DNA of 64,000 nt from Eledone cirrhosa. Taxonomy: Eukaryota. Both the position numbers and the translations under genes were made by a program. The DNA lies in NCBI GenBank assembly GCA_964016885.1, contig OZ024745.1, forward strand, positions 33,046,001 to 33,110,000. Direction: 5' to 3'. Every line of letters begins with the position of its first letter. The stretch's first letter is position 1. This document shows, piece by piece, positions 53,601 through 64,000 of this stretch. A model generated the notes under the pieces. It did no database searches and was not told the DNA's origin. It saw only the letters and a program-made list of their open reading frames with translations.

Positions 53601-56600
53601 ATACGCACAGTAGCTAATGTCTTGAATACTTAGCTGCTCTCTCAGTTCACTTATGCTCCAACTATCATGTAAGTTAACATTCAGGTTCACCCTATTTCTC
53701 TACAGCCACCAAATATATCTCTGCCATACCACATTGTTTACACAGCCAGCCTTTTGTGCAAAGAGCTCCTTAACTTATTCCACCCCTTCTACTACCATTA
53801 CAACCATTTCCAGCAGTAACAAAAACTAACCACACGGTAAACAATGGACTTTATTTCATAGATTGTTTTATTGTTTGACCCTAAATGCTTCTATATAAAT
53901 CCAATAGCTACTTTGAACCAGCTAACTACATTTTACTTCTTCCAAATCCCACATAATGCATGTATTCATTTAATTCTAAAAATCCCAAGAATTCCCTACA
54001 TTTCCTTTTATATAGGTGACCCCACCTACCTGGAAACCTGAAATGATTATGAGGCTGTGCCTCACACTGAGTCTAAAATAAGTAATAACTTCTAACACAT
54101 AACAATACACTACCATCTCAGTCAGTCTGAAATAACAAAGAATGTGAAAACTCAGCTATCTCCTCTTTCATAAGCACTAAACATCCCCCTCTCCTATAAT
54201 CCTTTAAAACTTGGGTTAAATTCTAGATTTGAACACATCTTTTTCAATTATAATTAAAAACAGCCTGAAGTTTGAGCTTGGCATAAAAGATTAATTTGTT
54301 TTCTTTCGACTTTTTTGAACTTACAAATCATACAGATCTCTGTTTATATTAACTTTCTCTATTAGGTCCTAATACTGGAATCTGTCCATCATTAGTCGTT
54401 CATAAGTAAGCGAAATAACGTTTTCAGCTATCATTGTAATTTGAACATAAAATAATGTTAAAACAAAATAGCTAATAAAATAACATGATGACCCTTAAAA
54501 AACAGAAAAAGAAGTTGCCATTGGCCAACGGCATCCCTTATTTAAGGGTCTTCACCCTATTTTATAAGCTATTATTATAGCTTATCTCTGTACTAGAGCA
54601 CATCATCCTTTATATATATTCTCAGCAATTAAAAGCTGAGAATTCAGCTTCATACAAGCATTGTTTGAATATTTTACTATTTCTCTTTATTGCTGTATTA
54701 TGGAGATGTAATCTAAAAACTTACTGAACAAAAACAAAGTAGGGGTAAATTTACTTTCAAAAAATTTCCACATGAGTAAAATGGATGAAAATTTGTTAGA
54801 AATGGATGAAAAATTGTTAGAAAACCCTGCCTAAGAGAAGAATGAATAATTCAAAATCAAACTAATTAACAAGCAAACCGTGAAACTGTATGTCATATAG
54901 AGTAATATATTCTATATATGCTAACACAAACATAAAAATACAAAAAATAAATGCATATTAAAAAAATAAAAAATTAACACAGAACTATAAATTTTACAAT
55001 TACTCCTTTCTCTATACTCTACAAAATCAGACTGCAGTCATTTCAAATATACTCACACAACAGCAAGCATTTGCCAATACCATTGATCAACTGTGTTGGT
55101 AACAATTTACACAAAACGTTTTTTTAAAAATGACACAAAAGCAACTTACCTGAACAATCCATATTTTATGATTATCAGCTGAGAGCAAACATCCAGCAAT
55201 GACAAGTTTTCAAACTTTCTGAAACTGTCCTGGTTTTAACATAAATTGGCCTCCAGTTGCCGTTTTTGGAGAGGTTTCAACACTGGATGTGTGCTTCCAA
55301 AAATAGAATAACTTCAACAAATCAGCAGTGTCTCTGTTTGGTTTTCAGTAAAAAAGAAATAGACTAACTTAGGGTGAAATGCCAAAAAAGCTAATAATAT
55401 TGTAGCATTAATCACTGCATTGTTTAGCAGACAAGAGAACAGTACTGATCAATTAAATTGCGAATGCTATACTGAATTTGTAACCGTTTTATAACAACTG
55501 TAAATATTAGACATAGAAGTTGCTTATAGTCTCAGATTCCACCCTAATATTAATTTATCTCTAACAGAAGCAAACTGTCCAAACATCGTCATAAAAAAAA
55601 ATTGAGAGACTTTCAATTCAGAAGTTGATCAACTGAAAAACAGTATATTTGTATTTTGCTGCCTTCTTTCTATGAAAGAAATCCAAAGCCCACAAGGTTA
55701 AATTATACACTCCTAGTGGTGCTGTGTGGAACTACTCACACACAATATGATTTAGCACAGTAGAGAGGAGTTGCAACAAACACAAGATAATTTCTTTGGT
55801 TTTCAAGTTAATAACAGCAATAACACACATGAAGAATATTCCAGTCGTTATCCAGAAAAACAAACCATTCAAAATACTTCCATAGCTTTTTTTTTTTTTC
55901 CATCTGAAATGATTAGGGTTTCAACACATATGCAAACATTTAAATGTCTCACTTGTCCAAAAAAAACACTAAATACAGTGTTGTGATAAGACAAAGAAAT
56001 ATATATAAAAAAAAACATACACTTCCTTCTTCTAAACAGCTGAACTTAGAATCACTGTTTTGCCATTCTTTGTAAATTTTATTTTCTTTATTAAACATTT
56101 ATTGTTGCCTCCGTATTTTCCGCATTCAGCCTCTTTCCAATTTCATGGTTTCTACAAAACAACCCTCTTCTTATATTCCACTTCCACTGTCAATGCGATT
56201 CATTATTGATAAGCATAACAAATGTTGTTCCAAAGACGTTCTCAATAACTTCCCACTCATACTGTTTTCTCCACTCACCTATCCTGGAAATTGTATCAAA
56301 GATATTCAGTACTGGATCTGAAATTATTGGTTTACACCTGTACAAAATTGCACCTGCACCCACCACCATTTAGGTAGGAAATCTACTTCTGATTAATTAA
56401 AAATTGTCGAACCTCGATTCAAATCACAGCATCTCACCATAAAGTATTTAATACAGCATCTAGAATGTACTTCTTCAAACTTGCTACTCAAATTCCACCA
56501 ATAACTGTAATATTTCTCTTCATAAAAACAAACTAACAACCACCCAAGTAACTTTTCTTACCAGTTTCTCACCAACACTAATTTCACTTACCCACCAAAA

Positions 56601-57452
56601 TTACTGGTAATGTTTTCTATTTTAACAGGAAATCTAATTTTATTGTGAACTAGAAATTAGACAGCAGTAGCACTGGTGAAAGACTAAATCCACCAATTGT
56701 CTTTGAAAATTGAGCCTAGCCTATAGTTTCACAGAGTATTCAGTTGCACAAAATGTTTTGTTATATCCTGCTTAGAAATTCTTATGGAGATGGGCCTGGA
56801 AAAGATGTCATTATCATGTAAAGGGACATGCAAAGTTAAATAAATGTAATTCATGTGTATAGGAAATAGAAATCAATTTGGACGATTTTAAATTGTAGGG
56901 AAATAATAAATCGGGATAAAAAGAAAAATTTCTGTCTCGATTATCATCAGCACAATATGGAGATGTTATATATTCAACTGTATCGACAATCCCAGTGACA
57001 AGCAGCCATTAATCATTTCTATAAAGTTAAGAGTAAAGACGATGGAATTATATTTAAATATAATTAAAATTTATATTCTGGAGGAAAAGCATCTTTCTTG
57101 AACACCTTTGAACATTCAAGAGAACTACATACGTACATTATATATATATGTATATATATAATGTAACTTTCATTGTAAAAAATTACAATATTCTAACAAT
57201 ACTCTCGCAATGAATATCTACGCTTTTGTAATATTTTCCATCATCTTTGCTTTTCAGACATTTGAAGTTAATAAAATATGGAAACAAAATAATAATATCT
57301 AACTGATAGAAAGTCACTTAGTCTATGTTTTAATTGATGGACATGAACAGTTCTCCTTAGAAAAGAAAGAATGGAGAAAATCAAAAGACCCAGGTCAGTA
57401 ATAACTGGAGAAACTAATTATTATACAAGCCTGTTTCAACCAAATTACTTAC

Positions 57453-57552
57453 CCTTCTGGAATTTTCAGCAGTGCGCTTTGATTTACCAGCTGAACTTGA
57501 ACTTGATGATGACTCAGAGGAACTGCTGGAAACTGAACTGGAGCTGGGAGAC
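57453..57552 (-). CDS. SRRM1: SRRM1-like Ser-rich exon
   Basis: RSPSSSSVSSSSSESSSSSSSAGKSKRTAENSRR; cttctcag|G and AGG|gtaagt; 100 nt, phase 2/0. Confidence 0.85.
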
Positions 57553-58636
57553 CTGAGAAGTAAAGTAATGTCTCTAATATAAATACAATATGAAATTTTA
57601 CATTATTTTTATAGAGTAGATCAACTTTCTAAATTGTGTGGACAATAAACTTTAGGTGTAGCAAAATTAACACTTCCATTACCATATTTCTAATTGTAAA
57701 ACACTGCCTATGATTTTCAAATAAACAAATATTTCGAAGGATTAGAAATATAACTCATTGTTTATCTGGTGTTTGTTTGGAACATAATAAATGTTCTTAC
57801 ATTAAATTATAAACATAAACCCTTTAAAACAAACAGCTTTATATCGTAAAACTAGGGGCAATTTGGTACTGAAAGAGTAATGTCAAATTTGACAACACTA
57901 CTTCAATTTCATATCGTTAACAAAAGTTAAGGTGTCATGAAAAATGTTATTTTTAAAACGTATCACCAATGTGAAAAGTTTGGAAAGCTTTGAGTACTTG
58001 AAATGGAAAATTGAGATGTTTATGTCTTTAACACTGTAAAGATTGAGTAGAAAATATCTAAAAACTGATTTCTTAATTCAAATGTTACTGTATTTTTTAC
58101 TAGTGAACAAATCGTGAAAATTTGCAGTATTAGGGTAAAGACTTCAATCTTTCATGTGATGTAGTCATAGTATTATTTTATGCTTTTCAAGAACAACATA
58201 CTAATGTGGTTTCATGTAGCACAGGTTGCTAAGAGTTAAAGCATAAGAAAATGGGTTCACTCAACTTCACAGAAGAATACACTTTTATTGAACTTGTTAC
58301 AAAGGAAAATGACAACATAGACATCTCACTGTTAAAAACCAAATTACTTACTAAGTATTACATTTTTTTTTTTTTTTTTGCTGTTGTCAGACAAACTGAA
58401 CAAAAATAGGTTATATATATTTATAAATAAAATAATGGGCATTTCAAAAGCTACAATAAACTTCCATTTTTAATGTAATGCAGCCAGTATTTTTACACCT
58501 TTTGAGAATGTTTTGCTAATGCAGTTTCATGTAGAAAAGGACATTAAGAATTATTTTATGAAAACTTTTCAGTTTTATCAATTTTGAATAACAGATCAAA
58601 ATTCCTGAAATGGTTAAACAGAATGACAAATCTTAC

Positions 58637-59074
58637 CTCCTTCTCATAGGACGGCGTCCTGGTGGAGTACGTCTATTATTTGGATTGGGTGAAGCTGAGC
58701 CAATCCATTTCCTTTGATTTGGACTCATTCTTCTTCTGAATGAGCTGATAGGTCTATTAGGCGACATGGCTCTCTTCTTACGAGGAGAGGGACTACGTCG
58801 TCTCCATGGAGATGGACTGTGCCTTCTCCGGGGTGAAGGACTTCTCCGTTTCCGTGGCGACGGACTCCTCCTTTTTCTTGGTGAGTTACGGTGTTTCCGA
58901 GGAGATGGGCTCCTCCTTTTACGAGGTGGAGGACTGTGTTTTTTCCTTGGCGATACTGATCTCTTCCAATATGGTGGACTTCTTTTTTTCTCAGGAGAAA
59001 TACTCCGTCTCCGTGGAGATTTTCGAGGTGAGTTATACTTATGAGATTTTGGTGATCGATGTCTTGAAACAGAT
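58637..59074 (-). CDS. SRRM1: SRRM1-like RS-repeat exon
   Basis: SVSRHRSPK...(RKRRSPSP)n...RRPMRR; ttcccag|A and AG|gtaag; 438 nt, phase 2/2. Confidence 0.9.
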
Positions 59075-59374
59075 CTGGGAAGAAAAAAATAAAAGGGTCC
59101 TGTAGATAGGTTCTTCAAATCTTAATAAATTATCACATTTAATGGCATGTAAAACCAATTCTTTTTTTATAAATAAAAAACAAAACGAAACAAGGCCAAA
59201 AATACTCAGGTTTTATATATGGAGTTGAGCTATTCATTTTTATAACATTGGGTGCTTACCCATAATTACACAAATATCTGCTACTATAGCCATAGATTGA
59301 CCAATGAATTGTGGATAAAATCTCGTACATAGAAACTATACAAGCATTTCAGATAGACTGTAACTGTTATTTAA

Positions 59375-60413
59375 CCCTTTAGTGTTCAAACCGCCCCAAA
59401 CCGGCCGCAATTATTTCCCCTTCATTTGTTCAATCCGCCTGAAATCAGCCGATAACACCTACATTAAAATATTGTTCTAAAAATAAACAATACCGTCATT
59501 AAAATCTCGTCAATTCGAGATTAGGCCCTTACCGCGAAAATTAATACTTAATATAGTGAAACAACACGTTTTTTTTAACGTTGAAAGTAGAACAGATTTT
59601 TTGTGTATCAACATGGCTTATGAAAGTAGCGATACCGACTTTGAAGATTTTATACTCGATGACATTCAAAATGAACAAGAAACAAAAGATAATATTAGTG
59701 ATTTATCTTCAAATGAATCAGATGTTTACATTTCTGAAATTTCGTCAGACGGTGATTGTTGTTTTGAAAATGAAAACGAAGATCTCCAGGACGCCATTGA
59801 AAAATACCACACCGATATATGTTCCCGATTTTATTCAAAATACTGGTCCACAACACACATTAACTCCCGATACTAAAGCACTGGATTATTTCTTTTTGTT
59901 TTTACCACAAACTTTCTTCGAAGTTGTGGCAGAAGAGATTAATCGATATGCCCAACAACAAATTTCAAATTGAAGAAAACCCGATCTGCTATGGCAACCA
60001 ACAGATGCTGCGGAAATGCAAGTATTTTTTACCGTAAATATTATGATCGGTATAAAACAATTCCCAAGACTGTGGAATTACTGGAGCACTGACATAAGGT
60101 TTAGTGATCCTTATATATCACGTATTATGTTGAAAACAATGTATTTAAAATTAAACCAGAATTTGCACCTGGTTGATACTTCAAATGACCCTATTAATTA
60201 ATTTCACCTGCCCATAAAATTTAACCCCCAAAAAATCAGGTAAAATTATATAATTGTAAATTATTGATATTTAAAGATCTACTGACAAAATTTCAAGCCT
60301 GCACATAGAAAATTACAAACAAATAAAATTGATAACCCTCTTGAGTACGATTAACTGAAAATAATGTGAACAGATAACATGACATTTGACAAATTAATGT
60401 GAATGCTAAAGGG
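59375..60413 (+). mobile_element. Internally deleted piggyBac transposon (transposase remnant ~59613-60195)
   Basis: TTAA TSDs at 59371-59374 and 60414-60417; TIRs ccctttagtgttc / gaatgctaaaggg; acidic N-terminus, ALDYFFLFL..EINRYAQ and LWNYWSTD motifs; no DDD domain. Confidence 0.9.
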
Positions 60414-60687
60414 TTAAAGGGCTAGCCTTGTCACACCCTGTGTTAAACTGAATCTCCCAGACAATTAAGTTAGGGGTATATGAGACTGGAATGCTCAATC
60501 ACTTGCAGATGAATTTCACAATCTGGCTGTTCTATTGATCAAACTGGAACACTTATCTATAAAACTAACTGAGGCCCCTTGTGTATATTTGTCTATGTCT
60601 TGCAACTTAAACTGAAACCAATATAAAAGAATACGTCTGCCATAAAATATGGTAGTTTCCAACAGTAAAACAAAAGCAAAATGTTAC

Positions 60688-60876
60688 CTGCTCTGAGAAT
60701 GTGACCGACGCCGATATTTAGGACTTTTTGAATGACTTTTTTCTCGTCTTTCAAGAGACGAAGACCTCGATTTTCTATCTTTTTTAATCACCTCTTTATT
60801 CTTTATAGTAGATTTATCCTCAATTTTCTTTTTGTTGTCAAGATTCTTTAAATTTTCTTTCTCTGCATCTTCATTG
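60688..60876 (-). CDS. SRRM1: SRRM1-like exon
   Basis: INEDAEKENLK...KSPKYRRRSHSQSR; poly-T...atag|C and AG|gtaac; 189 nt, phase 2/2. Confidence 0.85.
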
Positions 60877-61181
60877 CTATTTGAAATGGAAAAAAAAAAA
60901 AAAATAATGAAAACAATACAAATAGCAAGGTTTCTTCTACTAACAATGTTTTGTGTAAAATTTGACATTAAATTTCATGAAAGTCAATAGTATAAAAAAT
61001 AGCTCATTGTTGAGTAAATAAACACTGCCACTCCTCATTTAACGTCCTCTACAATATGAAACCACATTAGCAAGACATTTTTGAAAAAACTAAACAGTAC
61101 TACAACTACCTCACATTAAAAAGTAAAGTTCATACTCTAATACTACAGATTTTCACAACTATTTGTCCACTAATAAAGATA

Positions 61182-62365
61182 TTAGGTTGCCTCACATGAA
61201 ATGTATTTTTAATAATTTTCTTTATCAGCCATTTATAAGCGCAATTATGTGTATGCTTGTGTTTAATCTTAACTATCTTTTATTCCAGACAATATTACCA
61301 TTCAAAATCGCTACCCACAATCCTATGACAATGTTGACAACTGAACAATACTGAGTGGTTTTCTTGTACAAATACAAGCTGGGTCACTCGGCCTCAGAAG
61401 CTCTACGAAACATTAAGCGAGCTTTTGGTAACGATTCTGTTACCAGAACTGTCCAGAGATGTTTTCAAAGATTTCGTTCAGGAAATGAGAGCCTTAAAAA
61501 TGAACCAAGAGGGAGACCCATATCAGTAATTCGCCATGATGAATTGAATGCTTTGGTTAAACAAAATCCGAGAACAACAGTTCGAAAAATCTCATCTGAG
61601 CTCCAGACATCTCGCTCAGCTGTTTCTCGACACCTGAAGAAAATTGGAAAAGTAAAAAAGATGGACAGATTTGTTCCACATCAACTTAATGAGATTCAAA
61701 GAAACAGTGTGCTCAATGTTGGTTTCTCGGCTCGAAAGAGAACCATTTTTGCATCGACTCATTACGTGTGATGAGAAATGGATACTCTTCGATAACAGCA
61801 GAAGGACTGGACAGTGGTTAGATGCAGAAGAGTCACCGAAACACTACCCAAAACCACCATTGCACCCTAAGAAGTTCATGGTCACTGCATGGTGGTCTGC
61901 AAAGGGGATTATTCATTATTGCAACAAGGCAATACTGTAACAGCAACATCATATGTCAGGAAATTGATCGTATGCATGAAACATTGAAGAAGAAGCATCC
62001 CAGACTAGTGATTAGAGATGGCCCAATTTTGCTTCACAATAATGCACGGCCTCACACCTCTCAAGCTACGGTCCACAAGTTGCAAAGTCTGAATTATGAA
62101 ATTTTGCAACATCCTCCCTATTCTCCTGATATATCTCCTACTAGCATTTTGAGCTTTTTATACACAATAAAACATTCTTAAATAGAGAAGAGGTAATTGA
62201 AGCATTCGGACAGTTTATCAGTGCAAAAGATAAATTCTTTGAAGATGGAATATATGCCTTAGAGGAACGTTGGGCGAAGGTTAAATGTAAACAAGGATCT
62301 TATTTTGAATAAATTAAACACTTAAAAACAATTTTATTCTTTCCATTTCATGTGAGACAACCTAA
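61182..62365 (+). mobile_element. Full-length mariner (Hsmar1/cecropia-like) transposon, 1184 bp
   Basis: TA TSDs; TIRs ttaggttgcctcacatgaaatg / catttcatgtgagacaacctaa. Confidence 0.95.
61331..62312 (+). pseudogene. Frameshifted mariner transposase
   Basis: RGRP, FVPHQL, TCDEKW, HNNARPH (catalytic D to N) and PPYSPDISP motifs split over several frames. Confidence 0.92.
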
Positions 62366-63271
62366 TACTACAAATACTTTACTAATCAACTCATTTTTAG
62401 ATATATTCTGCCAAATTATTAAGAGCTAACCATCTCGTCTAACGATTCATCTTACTCATGTTCGTAAATTTTTTGTGTATATATGTTATCATCATCGTTT
62501 AAATTCCATTTTCCACACTTGCATGGAATAGACGGGTTGTCACATTAAGAGACAAGTCAGGTCCAGATACGTCTTGCCCATACGGACCTGTATTTTGGCT
62601 TGGTTTTTTTATATGGCTGGAAGCCCTTCCTAACACCAACCACATTAGTTATATACATTTTAAATTTCTTTTCTGCAATTTATTTATGTTACATATTCTT
62701 GTCCCTTCTTTGTCCAACAAATCCGTTTCATGTTTCAAAACATTTTTTTAATGTTTGTAGGAGTTACTAAGATAATGTTTCCATTAGACCATTATAAATG
62801 TCTTCATTTAGACAATTCATGTAATGTAAAACTGATATTTCTTACTTTTCCTACTTTCATAGACTTTATCATCACCACCACCATTTAACACCTGTTTATC
62901 TATGCTACCATTGGCTGAGCCAGTTGTCAAACCAACTCAGTACTTAATCAGGGATATTAACTTTTCAGACATGCCGGACTCTGACATTTTGCTTACATAC
63001 ATTCCAACACTTTACAGGATGTACTGGGTGCAATATGTCATGGCACAACCACCAGGGAGGTTGTTGTACCTTTGACAAAACCGAAGAAGCACTTCTAAAA
63101 TAATATCTAAAGATATTTTATGATAAGGTCATTGGAACAGAAACTAGTTTTTAAGTGAGGAATTCACTTTACAAACATGTTGGTCGTGTGGAACCTAGTT
63201 GTTAAATGAAGAGTGGCTGAACTGTTAAAGTATTCAAAAGAAATAAAACTGTAATTTCAAATTTTACTTAC

Positions 63272-63436
63272 ATATCAATTATATCCAGCTTTGATTCTAA
63301 TGGTCTGGGTTCCTCTTTACTAACAGGAGAACCAACTGAAACCAACTTTGGTGATTTAGAATCAATTGAAGGTCGTTGTGGAGATCTAGATCGACTGCTT
63401 TCTTTTGATGACCTACTTCTAGAAGAACTTCTTGAC
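63272..63436 (-). CDS. SRRM1: SRRM1-like exon (most 5' exon visible)
   Basis: RSRSSSRSRSSKESSRSRSPQRP...LDIID; acag|G and AT|gtaagt; 165 nt, phase 2/2. Confidence 0.85.
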
Positions 63437-64000
63437 CTGTATATATATAAAAAAATAGCAAACATTAAACCTTTTAATACTGAAATCGTCCTTGGCTCTA
63501 CCATACAAAACCACAAAGTGTCAATAATCATTACTGCTTTATATCTATTTTCCCTGCATGGGTTAGACAGGTTGTCACATTCTGAGGCTAGACCTGTCAA
63601 ATGACTTCATTTTACACATGTTCATTTTGGCGTGGTTTCGACAGCTACATGCCATTCCAATGCTACTCACTCCACTGGGTACATATTATTGGGGCACCAA
63701 CGCTACTACTTTACACACACATATGTGTATGTATACAAAAAAAAGTAAAATTATGCTACAAACAAGAAAGTTAGATAATATCATTTTTTTTAAACTCATA
63801 ACTCCTGATGAAGTTGTAGGGGTGCTTTATTGACAGTGTTTCTCAGGGCATTTTTAAAGCCTGGTGGAGCCCATCTCTCCTCTAGATCTGAACACAGCAA
63901 ATTATTCCAGAGAAGGACAGGTGAGAAAGAGATATAGAAAAAGAATCAACCCCAGTACTAGAATGGTACTTTTTAATTTACCTCAAATGGATGAATAGCA

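Overview
AT-rich, repeat-dense animal genomic DNA. The repeat families (CAT-tailed RTE 3' ends, tRNA-derived SINEs, long (TA)n tracts) look like those of an octopod cephalopod, but that is an inference from memory. Two spliced protein-coding genes lie on the minus strand. (1) The 3' part of an SRRM1/SRm160-like splicing coactivator has 9 phase-consistent coding exons from 63436 to the stop at 41190 (2530 nt, about 842 codons); its N-terminal PWI exons lie beyond the window. (2) Coding exon 1 of Rab39 is at 26382-26599, and its first intron seems to span the rest of the window (>26 kb). The remainder is transposon debris: RTE, CR1 and CRE-like non-LTR elements, a full-length but dead mariner, an internally deleted piggyBac plus TTAA MITEs, two hAT (Buster/Charlie-type) MITEs with nested insertions, a non-autonomous Helitron, SINEs and a duplicated ~2.3 kb (TA) satellite. 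The most interesting signals are (a) two near-canonical minimal type I hammerhead ribozymes about 660 nt apart upstream of Rab39, plus Penelope-type foldbacks whose inversion points fall inside hammerhead motifs, and (b) several candidate stop-containing (poison) cassette exons in one TE-poor SRRM1 intron. I found no convincing wholly new gene system. All structure and splice calls were made by eye, and most repeat boundaries are approximate.
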